The notes beneath the pieces were generated by a model. The model had not been told where the DNA came from, did no database searches, and was given only the letters and a program-made list of their open reading frames with translations. The translations under genes were made by a program, and so were the position numbers. A DNA stretch of 64,000 nt from Eubacteriales bacterium (GTDB taxonomy: Bacteria > Bacillota > Clostridia > Oscillospirales > CAG-272). Shown here piece after piece: positions 28,039 through 36,981 of this stretch (positions are counted from its first letter, which is position 1; every line of letters starts with the position of its first letter). The stretch is from assembly GCA_045535815.1 (NCBI GenBank), contig JAZSMJ010000014.1:1696-65695 (forward strand), read 5' to 3'.

Positions 28039-28381
28039 TGGTGGAGGTGGGGGGAGTCGAACCCCCGTCCGAAAAGGCATCCTCACAGCTTTCTCCGGGC
28101 GCAGACTGCCAGAAGTCTTACGTTAAGATATTTGACAGACGGAATGTCTTAACGGCAACCTTTTTATCCGTGACCGCTATAAAGATAAACTCACGGTTCA
28201 CGTTCACCACTGCGTCATGCCCCAAGCGAAGCCGTGGTACTCTTCGGTGGGACAGCTGCACTTAGGCAGCGAGAGCTAATTCGTCGTTAGCGTTTAATTT
28301 TAAGTTTGCGGCTTTGAAGAGTTTCCGCTACTCTGCCCGCTTACTGAGTCTCAACCTCCCCGTCGAAACCATTACACCCCC
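28039..28381 (-). ncRNA. ssrA: tmRNA (SsrA)
   Basis: The minus strand begins GGGGGTGTAATGGTTTCGACGGGG and ends GGACGGGGGTTCGACTCCCCCCACCTCCACCA. The acceptor stem has a G3:U pair. The internal tag reading frame is ..GCT AAC GAC GAA TTA GCT CTC GCT GCC TAA (..ANDELALAA). Confidence 0.95.
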
Positions 28382-28392
28382 ATATAATAATT

Positions 28393-28863
28393 TTACCAAT
28401 TACCCTTCATCGCACGGTCGATATCTCTGTCCGCCTGCTTTTTTGCCTCGCTGTCACGCTTATCGTAAAGCTTTTTACCCTTGCAAAGTCCAAGCTCAAC
28501 CTTTACTCTCGAGCCTGAAAAATACAGCGACAGCGGTATCAGCGTATAGCCCTGCTGTCCGATAAGACCGAGAAGCTTCATTATCTCCTTTTTATGCATC
28601 AGAAGCTTTTTATCTCTGAGCGGTTCACGGTTGAAGATATTGCCGTGCTCGTACGGACTTATATGGATACCGAAGGCAATAAGCTCGCCCTTTACGACCT
28701 GACAGTACGAATCCTTCAGATTTACAGAGCCGGCTCTTACGGATTTCACTTCCGTGCCGAAAAGCTGTATGCCCGCTTCGTATTTTTCCATAACGAAATA
28801 TTCATGATAAGCTTTTTTATTCTGAGCTATTATTTTGTTACCCGTTTTCTTTTTATCACTCAT
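28393..28863 (-). CDS. smpB: SsrA-binding protein SmpB
   Basis: ATG 28863 follows GGAGAAAG. It contains IAQNKKAYHEYFVMEKYEAGIQLFGTEVKSVRAG and LLLHKKEI-like motifs. It lies directly upstream of ssrA. Confidence 0.93.
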   Translation of the reverse strand: MSDKKKTGNKIIAQNKKAYHEYFVMEKYEAGIQLFGTEVKSVRAGSVNLKDSYCQVVKGELIAFGIHISPYEHGNIFNREPLRDKKLLMHKKEIMKLLGLIGQQGYTLIPLSLYFSGSRVKVELGLCKGKKLYDKRDSEAKKQADRDIDRAMKGNW

Positions 28864-28974
28864 ATTCTTTCTCCAAAGGTCGGTCATACTTTTCAGGAAG
28901 TGATAATATTATATCACATTCAAAAAAATATCTCAACATTTTTTATACAAGTATTTTTTACAAAAAAAGCGCTT

Positions 28975-29799
28975 TCATTCCATCAGCAGATTGGCATAGC
29001 CTTTATATGAAAGCTTTTCATACTCAAACGACAAAGCTACCTCTGCCTTATCGCCCAAAAGCGATGAATTTGGCAGATATACCTTTGCCTTTTTGCATCC
29101 GAATATTCTCATCATTGAATTTAAAATTCCTTGGATATATCCGTCGGGCGCAAGGCACTCCTTGATTATCAGCACACCGTCTTTTGCGCAGGAGACGAAT
29201 AGCGGAAATTCCCCATCGCAGGTCCTTGCCTTATAAAGACAACTGCCGTATTCCTTTGCAGAAAAGGCTATTGCATCCTCATCCCATATAATACATCCGG
29301 GATAGGATAAAGCTTTATTTCTTATGCTTGCATATTCAGAGGCTGAAACAGAGGCTATTTCAATTCCATCACCACAAGACAGCTCTGTTTTATATTTTTT
29401 CAGACAGAATGCTCCCGAAAAGCCAAGATTTTTATAATATCGTGATAGCTTTTCGTTTGCAGGGCAAAGGAAAAGGAGCGCTTCTCTTTTTTCGGCTTCC
29501 TCTTTTGCAAAAGCGATTATTCTCTCTCCAAAACCTTTTCCTCTGTATGACGGAAGAATTCCAAGGGCATACAGATAAAGGGCGTTTATACAGCCATTTT
29601 CGGCCACACACTGCGTATTCAAAAGATACGTTGCACCGATAAGCTCACCGTCGACATACGCTCCGATAATCACGGCCTTTTCTGCCCATTCGTCAAAAAA
29701 AGCGTTAATATACGAAACGTCATCTCCAAAGCAGGTCTTCCAAATATTGAACAGGGCCTGCCTTTCATTTATATCGGTTAAAGAAACTCGAAAATCCAT
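28975..29799 (-). CDS. GNAT family acetyltransferase-like protein
   Basis: About 274 aa from ATG 29799, 4 nt after the ispE stop. ALGILPSYRGKGFGERIIAFAKEEAEKRE is acetyl-CoA binding motif A. Confidence 0.65.
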   Translation of the reverse strand: MDFRVSLTDINERQALFNIWKTCFGDDVSYINAFFDEWAEKAVIIGAYVDGELIGATYLLNTQCVAENGCINALYLYALGILPSYRGKGFGERIIAFAKEEAEKREALLFLCPANEKLSRYYKNLGFSGAFCLKKYKTELSCGDGIEIASVSASEYASIRNKALSYPGCIIWDEDAIAFSAKEYGSCLYKARTCDGEFPLFVSCAKDGVLIIKECLAPDGYIQGILNSMMRIFGCKKAKVYLPNSSLLGDKAEVALSFEYEKLSYKGYANLLME

Positions 29800-29803
29800 A
29801 AGA

Positions 29804-30658
29804 TCAGTTAGGCAGACAGACAAACGCCCGATAGCCTTCCGATACAAGCAGATCTGCAACCTTTTTTGCGCTCGGTCTGTCAGGATATACGCCAAATATA
29901 GATGGTCCGCTTCCGCTCATTAGCGTACCGAGAGCTCCGTTTTCATCCATAATACCCTTTATTTTTGCGGCATTCGGATTTTTAGGAAGTATAATACTCT
30001 CAAAGGCATTATACATGTTTTGAGCTATTTTAAGAAGATTACCCGATTCAAGTGCTTCAAAAAACGAGGTGCTGTCACCGCCGACGTATCCTACACGGTC
30101 AAGCTCTGAATATGCGCTTGCAGACTGAGAGGTTTCATTGCTGACTGCGATAACGAACGCACATGAAGGAAGCTTGGGGCACTCCGAAAAGATATCCCCA
30201 ATTCCCTGCGCACGCAAAACTCCTCCTCTTATGCAAAAAGGAATATCTGCGCCAACGCTTGCACCTATCTCGCAAAGCTCGTCTACCGTAAGCTCCGTGC
30301 CGTATATTCGGTTGAGCAATATCAGTACCGCCGCGGCATTGGTACTTCCGCCTGCAAGCCCTGCGGCTATCGGGATATGCTTTTCTATGGTTATCTTTAT
30401 ATTGGCATCGGTAATATTATATTTATTATAAAAGCTCTGCGCAGCCTTTACTGCAGTGTTCTCGCAATCAAGCGGAATATCGCCGTTTGTGCAGTCCACG
30501 GTTATTCCACCGCCTTGAGTTTTTTCAACCGTTACGGTGTCTGACAAAGACACCGATTGCATAACGGTATCAAGCTCGTGATAACCGCTTGGAAGTCTGC
30601 CCACGACGTCAAGATAGAGATTTATTTTGGCAAAGGCTTCAATTGACGATCTATCCAT
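29804..30658 (-). CDS. ispE: 4-diphosphocytidyl-2-C-methyl-D-erythritol kinase
   Basis: FAKINLYLDVVGRLPSGYHELDTVMQSV and KHIPIAAGLAGGSTNAAAVL are GHMP kinase motifs. ATG 30658 follows GGAG. Confidence 0.9.
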   Translation of the reverse strand: MDRSSIEAFAKINLYLDVVGRLPSGYHELDTVMQSVSLSDTVTVEKTQGGGITVDCTNGDIPLDCENTAVKAAQSFYNKYNITDANIKITIEKHIPIAAGLAGGSTNAAAVLILLNRIYGTELTVDELCEIGASVGADIPFCIRGGVLRAQGIGDIFSECPKLPSCAFVIAVSNETSQSASAYSELDRVGYVGGDSTSFFEALESGNLLKIAQNMYNAFESIILPKNPNAAKIKGIMDENGALGTLMSGSGPSIFGVYPDRPSAKKVADLLVSEGYRAFVCLPN

Positions 30659-30669
30659 AATATCTCCGA

Positions 30670-31794
30670 TCATTTAATCAGTTTGTAGATGAAATACTTT
30701 TTTATCTTTACTGCTCTGAAGTGGCAAAGCTCCTGGCAGCAATAACATTTTATACAGTTTTTTGAGTTTATAAACGGCTTCCCGTTTTTTACCGATATAG
30801 TCTTGACGGGACAGCTTCTTACACAGTCACCGCAAGCCTTGCATACGGCTTTGTCGATAACGGGTCTGGGCTGCAAAAACTTTGGTATCTTCAAAAGGAA
30901 GCTGTTGGCGTTGCTGTCAGGCAGCTTAAGCTTGCCTACACAAAAATCTTCTACCGGCTGACCTATCAGCTCTATGTCCTCGACAGACGGTCTGTATCCA
31001 CGCTCCAAGGCCATGCTTACCATAGGAACCGTGCCCTCAAAGCCTATCAGCTTTTCGCAAACCGCATCAAGACAGAAGGGATTTAGTGAGGAAAGAATAC
31101 ACCCGACCTTTTTCGGAGAGCCTCCCGTAGGTCCGTTTCCTTCCATACATACGATAGCATCTACAATATCGATAACGTCCTTTTCCCGGTGAAGCATATC
31201 ACACAGCGAAAGGAAAAATTCGCACAGATCGTTTGGATTCTGATATCTTGCGTGCATTTCAAACTTTTCTATTCCGGGAACGACACCGAACAGATTTTTG
31301 ACACAAGCAGTCATTCTTGTCAGAGAGTGAGTCTTTAGCTTGGCTATATTTATAATAACGTCGGCTTTGAGTATTGGAGATATGACGTTAACGTCCTTGA
31401 TTTCCTTGCAGTTCACCTTTTCAAACGACGTATCGTAGTTGAGCTGAGCGCCTGAGCGCTGTGCCGCATCTGCTATACCGCAGGTCTTATATATGCCTCG
31501 AAGAAGTGTTTCACTATAAGGACCGCCCGAGCTTTCTGCTATCGTAACGCTTTGGGCTCCCATCTCAAATGCAAGAGATGCAACGGCTTCTACAACCGAC
31601 GGATCTGTAGTTGAAGCCTTAGCAGGATCTGTTTTCAGTATGAGATTTGGCTTTAAAACAACCTTTTTACCCAAAAGATATCCATCAGGAAGTATTGCAC
31701 TGAGCTGATCCTTCAAAATGCTCTTTATCTTCAAGGCATCGTACTCCATACACTCGGATATGCAAACGGTCTTGTTATTTAAATAATTCTCCAT
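30670..31794 (-). CDS. DUF362 domain protein with C-terminal 2x[4Fe-4S] ferredoxin domain
   Basis: VVLKPNL..KTHSLTRMT.. plus CKACGDCVRSCP and CIKCYCCQELCH. The start is placed at MENYLNN. Confidence 0.7.
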   Translation of the reverse strand: MENYLNNKTVCISECMEYDALKIKSILKDQLSAILPDGYLLGKKVVLKPNLILKTDPAKASTTDPSVVEAVASLAFEMGAQSVTIAESSGGPYSETLLRGIYKTCGIADAAQRSGAQLNYDTSFEKVNCKEIKDVNVISPILKADVIINIAKLKTHSLTRMTACVKNLFGVVPGIEKFEMHARYQNPNDLCEFFLSLCDMLHREKDVIDIVDAIVCMEGNGPTGGSPKKVGCILSSLNPFCLDAVCEKLIGFEGTVPMVSMALERGYRPSVEDIELIGQPVEDFCVGKLKLPDSNANSFLLKIPKFLQPRPVIDKAVCKACGDCVRSCPVKTISVKNGKPFINSKNCIKCYCCQELCHFRAVKIKKYFIYKLIK

Positions 31795-31910
31795 ATCTGC
31801 CTCCGCTATAAAACATACCAATATATTATATCATAAAATGCTCAAAAAAACAATAGCATACTCAAATAACGCAAAAAAGCAGTGCCGACAATATTAGCAC
31901 TGCTTTATCT

Positions 31911-33218
31911 TTATTCTTCATCTAATGCAAACTGATAGTCAAAATAGTCTCCGTTTCGGTAAACGTATACCGATACCGTATCCCCGGGAGCAAATTCCTG
32001 AAGGATATTTTCAAGCTCTACGGTCGAATAAATATATTCTCCGTCTATCGAAACTATTATATCACCTATCTGAAGACCTGCCGCCGATGCGTTTGAATCG
32101 GGCTGAAGAAGCTTTACCATGACACCCCTCGGAAGTCTGTAAAGCTTGGAGGTCATTTCGGTTATATCCTCTCCGGTGATTGCTATAGTAGCTTTACCGT
32201 AATCGATCGGATCGCTCGGACGGTCAATAACTCTTCCCTCTTCGATAAGATCCTCTATTATCGGAACTGCATCGTTTATCGGAATGGCAAAGCTCATTCC
32301 TTCATAAGCATCTGACAGCTTTATTGTATTAATACCAACTACCTGTCCCCTGTCATTAAGAAGCGGACCGCCTGAATTGCCGTAATTTACGCTTGCGGTT
32401 GTTTGTATAACGTTCATGGTCTTGGCAAGACCGTCATCGGTATTGAAAATAGGAAGATCGTCATATATTGCGGATACGATACCGCTGGTTACACCGCCCG
32501 ACAGCACGATACCTGCAGGCGTGCCGATAGCAACTACCGTGTCACCGCTGACAAGCTCATCTGAATTGCCTATTTCTGCCGCTTCAAGAAGATGCGCCTT
32601 GATCTTTAAAACTGCAAGGTCTGATACTCTATCTTTTCCAATAAGCTCGGCATCATACTGTTCGTTTTCACACGTTATGATATTGAATCTGATTCCACCG
32701 TCTACAACGTGACAGTTTGTGGCAATATATCCGTCATCGGTAACAATAATGCCCGTTCCGACAGCTTTTTCATATCCCATACCCCTGTCTGATATAACTC
32801 CGACTACCCACGGCTTTCCCTTTTCGGAGATCTGGGCAACGGTAAGGCTCTCCTGCTTGGGCGTGCCACTCTGGCTTACGTATACACCGGATATGCTATC
32901 GCTGCTCTGCATGGGAAAAATACTGTCCGAATTGATGGAAGACTGATCTCCCGACACTATATTCTTTTCAGAGTTAATATAATTCCACGAAAATACTCCT
33001 ATAGCGGTAAGTGCACACAGCAAAAAGACCGTCGCAAAGGTAACCGTAAAGGTTATCATTCCGGGATTATTGGCTTTTCTCTTTTTATTTTCGAGGCTGC
33101 GCTGATACTCGTCATAGTTCCAGCGGTACTGAAAACCGCCCCATGACGCTTCTGTAGCACGGCTGTATATCTCTTCGCCTTTATTCTTTTTATTGCGGAA
33201 ACCGTTCTTATCCGACAA
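31911..33218 (-). CDS. S1C (HtrA/DegP-like) serine protease with TM anchor and PDZ domain
   Basis: 435 aa with a TTG start after AGGAGG. TNCHVV (His), DLAVLKI (Asp) and GNSGGPL (Ser) form the catalytic triad. The C-terminal PDZ-like segment is AAGLQIGDIIVSIDG. Confidence 0.88.
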   Translation of the reverse strand: MSDKNGFRNKKNKGEEIYSRATEASWGGFQYRWNYDEYQRSLENKKRKANNPGMITFTVTFATVFLLCALTAIGVFSWNYINSEKNIVSGDQSSINSDSIFPMQSSDSISGVYVSQSGTPKQESLTVAQISEKGKPWVVGVISDRGMGYEKAVGTGIIVTDDGYIATNCHVVDGGIRFNIITCENEQYDAELIGKDRVSDLAVLKIKAHLLEAAEIGNSDELVSGDTVVAIGTPAGIVLSGGVTSGIVSAIYDDLPIFNTDDGLAKTMNVIQTTASVNYGNSGGPLLNDRGQVVGINTIKLSDAYEGMSFAIPINDAVPIIEDLIEEGRVIDRPSDPIDYGKATIAITGEDITEMTSKLYRLPRGVMVKLLQPDSNASAAGLQIGDIIVSIDGEYIYSTVELENILQEFAPGDTVSVYVYRNGDYFDYQFALDEE

Positions 33219-33333
33219 AAACGCATACCTCCTTTATCATCTTTACATAGCGACAGTTCTGCCTGCGCTATGATACATAATAAAGTATAGCATGCGTTTT
33301 TGAATAAAAAATGATTCTATTGTGTAATATTTT

Positions 33334-34821
33334 TTATTGTTTTGTAAATTTGTCTGTTTTAGGCTTGTCTGCTACCTCGTGAGTCTTGGTAAGCGTGAAG
33401 ACAAATTCACAGTAATTGCCGTAGCTGCTCTTTACCCAGATCTCTTCATCGTGAGCATCTATTATGGTCTTTGCAATATAAAGTCCCAATCCTACACCCG
33501 TCTTATCAAGACCACGGCTCTTGTCGCTCTTGTAGAATCGGTCAAATACGTGCGGAAGGTCACTTTCGGGAATACCCTGCCCCTCGTTATAAACGGAAAC
33601 GTATATCTTCTTTTCTCTTGAAACTATCGATATCTTATACTTACCGCCGTTTTTCGAGAATTTAACTCCGTTATCGCAGATATTGTAGAGTATCTGATAT
33701 ATTGCATCTCTGTCAGCCAGTGCAAACATCTTTTCGCTGTCGCAGTCAAATTCAACGTCAAGTTTTTTGGTATCGATCTTTTGCTCAAACGAAATGAGTA
33801 TCTGTCTCGCCATTTCGCATATATCGAAGGGAGTTTTATTGAATTTACGCTCGCCCGCCTGAATACGTGAAATATCGAGAAGGGTGGAAACAAGTCTTGA
33901 CAGACGTCTTACCTCCGAGGCTATAACGCTCAGATAGTATTCGTGCTTTTCGGGCGGTATCGCTCCGTCAATAATGCCGTCAATAAAGCCTGCTATGGTG
34001 GTCATAGGAGTACGCAGATCGTGCGATACGTTTGCAAGGAAGGTCCTTCTCGTATCCTCAAAGGTCGAAAGCTCACTCGCCATATTATTAAAGGCAACTG
34101 CCAGCTCCGATACCTCGTCGTTTCCGAATTCGGGAACCCTGATATCAAATTTACCCGACGCAAAGCTCTTGGCCGCCTTACTCATATCCTTAAGCGGTGC
34201 AATTATCTTTTCACTTATAAAATAAACTGCGATAAGAGCGGCAAGAAGCACCCAGAGAATAGTCATTATCATGGTCTTGACCATTACTACGACGAACTCG
34301 TTTATCTCCTCGTATGAAGCACAGGTGACAACCATTCCCACCGTATATCCGTTTTCATCTGTCACGGGAGAGGTGCAGATTGCACTTTCACTTGATAAAA
34401 GTCCGCCAAGCGCTCCTGTGGTCTGAACGTTTTCACCGCTTAACGTGCGTGTCAGTATATCTCCGCTTATAACCGCCCCGTTCTCAAAGCTTGAATTGCT
34501 GTCGTACAGAAGGATATTTCCTCCGGAGTCCGCAACGATCACCTGAAGCTTATCGGTATAACGTGCAAGCATTGAGATGTTCTGCTTCATTTCCTCACGG
34601 TTAAAGTAAATAAACTGATTAAAATCCTCTCTTGTCGAGCTGTGATACTTATATTCTAAATATTCCGAAACGTTTATTGCCGAATTTACTACCGTTTCCT
34701 GCTTTGATTCAAGAGAATAGCTCCTCACCATTGAGGTGATTATTCCCGCAAGAATAGCAAAGCTTACCAGTATTATCAGCATAAACGCAGTAATATATTT
34801 TGTAAATACGCTTTTAAACAT
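33334..34821 (-). CDS. Sensor histidine kinase (2 TM, extracytoplasmic domain, HAMP, HisKA, HATPase_c)
   Basis: 495 aa. The H-box is FLANVSHDLRTPMT. The N-box is YNICDNGVKF. The G boxes are GVGLGL. The HAMP region is IIAPLKDMSKAAKSFASGKFD. Confidence 0.9.
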   Translation of the reverse strand: MFKSVFTKYITAFMLIILVSFAILAGIITSMVRSYSLESKQETVVNSAINVSEYLEYKYHSSTREDFNQFIYFNREEMKQNISMLARYTDKLQVIVADSGGNILLYDSNSSFENGAVISGDILTRTLSGENVQTTGALGGLLSSESAICTSPVTDENGYTVGMVVTCASYEEINEFVVVMVKTMIMTILWVLLAALIAVYFISEKIIAPLKDMSKAAKSFASGKFDIRVPEFGNDEVSELAVAFNNMASELSTFEDTRRTFLANVSHDLRTPMTTIAGFIDGIIDGAIPPEKHEYYLSVIASEVRRLSRLVSTLLDISRIQAGERKFNKTPFDICEMARQILISFEQKIDTKKLDVEFDCDSEKMFALADRDAIYQILYNICDNGVKFSKNGGKYKISIVSREKKIYVSVYNEGQGIPESDLPHVFDRFYKSDKSRGLDKTGVGLGLYIAKTIIDAHDEEIWVKSSYGNYCEFVFTLTKTHEVADKPKTDKFTKQ

Positions 34822-34923
34822 AATTAAATCCCGATAAAAAACAATAACAGAGGCTGCTTCAGCCTTGCGCTTTTGTGCGCCGTTCAGCAGCCCCTTATTT
34901 TCTTAGTATCTGCGGCTTCCTGA

Positions 34924-35613
34924 TTACTGAAGTATTTCGAATTTATAGCCTACGCCCCATACGGTCTTAAGAATCCACTTATCGGAAACACCTTCGAGTT
35001 TTTCACGCAGTCTCTTTACATGAACGTCAACGGTTCTTGAGTCGCCGAGGTAATCAAAACCCCAGACCTTATCAAGAAGCTGATCTCTTGTAAATACCTT
35101 ATTGTAATGAGAAGCAAGGAAATAGAGAAGCTCAAGTTCCTTAGGCGGAATATCAACCGACTTGCCGTTAAGCTTAAGCTCATATTTCTGAAGACTTATT
35201 TCTATATTATCAAATTTTATAACTTCCTCGTCATTCTGATTATCGTGTGCAGAGTAACGTCTGAGAACAGCCTTTACTCTTGCTGAAAGCTCCTTCATAT
35301 CAAAGGGCTTGCAAACGAAGTCATCAGCGCCAAGCTCAAGGCCGAGAACCTTGTCAAAAACCTCGTCCTTGGCGGTAATCATTATTACGGGCTATGTTGA
35401 AAGCACTCTGATCTCACGGCATACCTGCCAACCGTCTTTCTTGGGAAGCATAATATCAAGAAGAACAAGATCGGGCTCATACATTTTAAAGTAGCTGATT
35501 CCCTCAGCTCCGTCGTTTGCACACTTGATCTCATATCCTTCGTTTTCAAGATAGAGTCTTAACATATCACATATATTTACGTCATCGTCTACTATAAGTA
35601 TTTTTGTTCCCAT
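34924..35613 (-). pseudogene. OmpR/PhoB-family response regulator interrupted by one in-frame TAG (codon 74)
   Basis: Receiver domain MGTKILIVDDD..LVLLDIMLPKKDGW..REIRVLST-TAG(35392-35394)-PVIMITAKDE continues in the same frame into the winged-helix domain (..RTVDVHVKRLREKL..TVWGVGYKF). The track splits it into 35392..35613 and 34924..35382. Confidence 0.85.
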
Positions 35614-36010
35614 TTTTCTCTTCCTCCGTTATATATAATCTTAAATTATTAATTTTGTCAGAAATTTAACTATCTTCATTATATACTATTCTGAAAATAT
35701 ATGTTATATTTTTTGTTAACATATTATTAAATTTCTATGAATTATAGAAAATTCTTTATCATATCATTAGTTTTGCTTGATTATTTGATAAATATGTACT
35801 ATAATTATAAAGATGTAAATTAAACGGATTTAAAAATCAACTGCTTTTTAAGGAGATATCATATATGAAACTTGGTATAGTCGTTCATGTACCTTTTTTC
35901 TATAAGTCTATATATCCTTATAAATCTCTCTGAACGGCTACATGCAAGGGAATTTTAAAAGATCTGAATTCTATACATTCCCGTATAACACTATATATTT
36001 CATAAAAAAC

Positions 36011-36030
36011 TGGTGTCAGAAATGGTGTCA
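36011..36030 (+). promoter_or_regulatory. Tandem direct repeat TGGTGTCA-N4-TGGTGTCA (site 1)
   Basis: TGGTGTCA at 36011-36018 and 36023-36030 (12-bp period). It lies in the intergenic region between the activase gene end and the response regulator start. Confidence 0.6.
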
Positions 36031-36075
36031 GGGCGTATATATAAGACTATTAAAAGAGTTTGACATAAAACACAT

Positions 36076-36112
36076 CAAAAAGCCCGCTATTGTTTTCGTA
36101 CAATAGCGGGCT
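36076..36112 (-). terminator. Rho-independent terminator of the GRE-activase operon (bidirectional shape)
   Basis: Stem agcccgctattg (36081-36092) pairs with caatagcgggct (36101-36112), flanked by A/T runs. Confidence 0.8.
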
Positions 36113-36140
36113 TTTTAATAAATATTTATTTCGTAAAAAA

Positions 36141-36971
36141 TTATGCTTTTTTTACCGTTTTTCTTGTTTTTGAGCCGATATAATCGATAATATCGTCAAT
36201 TTTTTCTCTTAGTAATGATATTTCAGGTTGCTGTTTCCCCAATGCTAAATACTTGCTCTCGCCAAATGTATGGTATGCCTCTATTTCAATCCCAATAATT
36301 GATGAAAAAGTATTTGCAAAGTGATAAATTTTGTCGTAATTTTCTTTTCTGTCATTATATCCGGGAATTATAGGGCAACGAAGAATTATATCTTTTTTCA
36401 ATTCATTCAGTAAAGCTAAATTTTCCAATATCAGTATATTGTCTACACCGGTATAGGTTTTGTGTAATTTTGGATTGCTTTCCTTAAAATCAAACAGAAA
36501 CAAATCTGTAAACTCTGCAATTTGCTTTATTTTATTTTTATCTGTGAAACCGCAGGTTTCTATTGCAGTATGCAGATTATTTTCTTTTGCCTTTTTCAAA
36601 ATTCCCAATGCAAACTCAAACTGAAAAAGTGGTTCTCCGCCCGAAAGTGTAATTCCGCCGCCTGAATTTTTGTAAAATTCATAGTCTTTCATTACCTCTG
36701 CAATTACTTCATCCGTTGTAACTGTTCTACCGCATATTTCTTTTGCACCATTTCGGCAGAGGAAATCTGTATTGTTTACAGTCAGATTTTCACATCTTCC
36801 GCAATGAGTGCATTTATCCGGATAAAACATTATTTGTCTATCCTGACTTTGACTTTCGGGATTGTGACACCACACACACTTTAGCGGACAACCTTTAAAA
36901 AACACAGTTGTGCGTATTCCAGGTCCGTCATTTATGCAAAACCTCTGAATGTTAAAAATAAATCCATACAT
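36141..36971 (-). CDS. Glycyl-radical enzyme activating protein (radical SAM)
   Basis: 276 aa. It contains RFCINDGPGIRTTVFFKGCPLKCVWCHNPE (CX3CX2C), an extra Cys cluster CTHCGRCENL, and GGITLSGGEP. Confidence 0.9.
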   Translation of the reverse strand: MYGFIFNIQRFCINDGPGIRTTVFFKGCPLKCVWCHNPESQSQDRQIMFYPDKCTHCGRCENLTVNNTDFLCRNGAKEICGRTVTTDEVIAEVMKDYEFYKNSGGGITLSGGEPLFQFEFALGILKKAKENNLHTAIETCGFTDKNKIKQIAEFTDLFLFDFKESNPKLHKTYTGVDNILILENLALLNELKKDIILRCPIIPGYNDRKENYDKIYHFANTFSSIIGIEIEAYHTFGESKYLALGKQQPEISLLREKIDDIIDYIGSKTRKTVKKA

Positions 36972-36981
36972 AATGAACCTC

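Noticed and set aside
27984-28041. Classical ssrA-targeted genomic island, with integration into the tmRNA 3' end and a duplicated att.
   Set aside because: The tmRNA 3' end is immediately followed by its own intact terminator. I found no second copy of the 3'-terminal ssrA sequence in 23291-27984. No integrase is present.
28038-28565. Track ORFs 28038-28265 and 28314-28565 (plus).
   Set aside because: The first lies within the tmRNA gene (28039-28381, minus). The second overlaps the tmRNA 5' end and the smpB gene (28393-28863, minus). The RNA has canonical 5'/3' ends and a tag reading frame, so these ORFs are spurious.
35866-35934. 22-codon micro-ORF with a strong SD (AAGGAGatatcatatATG) encoding MKLGIVVHVPFFYKSIYPYKSL. 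Its first six residues and ~25 nt resemble a canonical YchF N-terminus, possibly a relic of the ychF 5' end.
   Set aside because: The similarity is limited to 6 aa and a short AT-rich DNA stretch. Nothing downstream matches ychF. I cannot distinguish this from chance without a statistical search.
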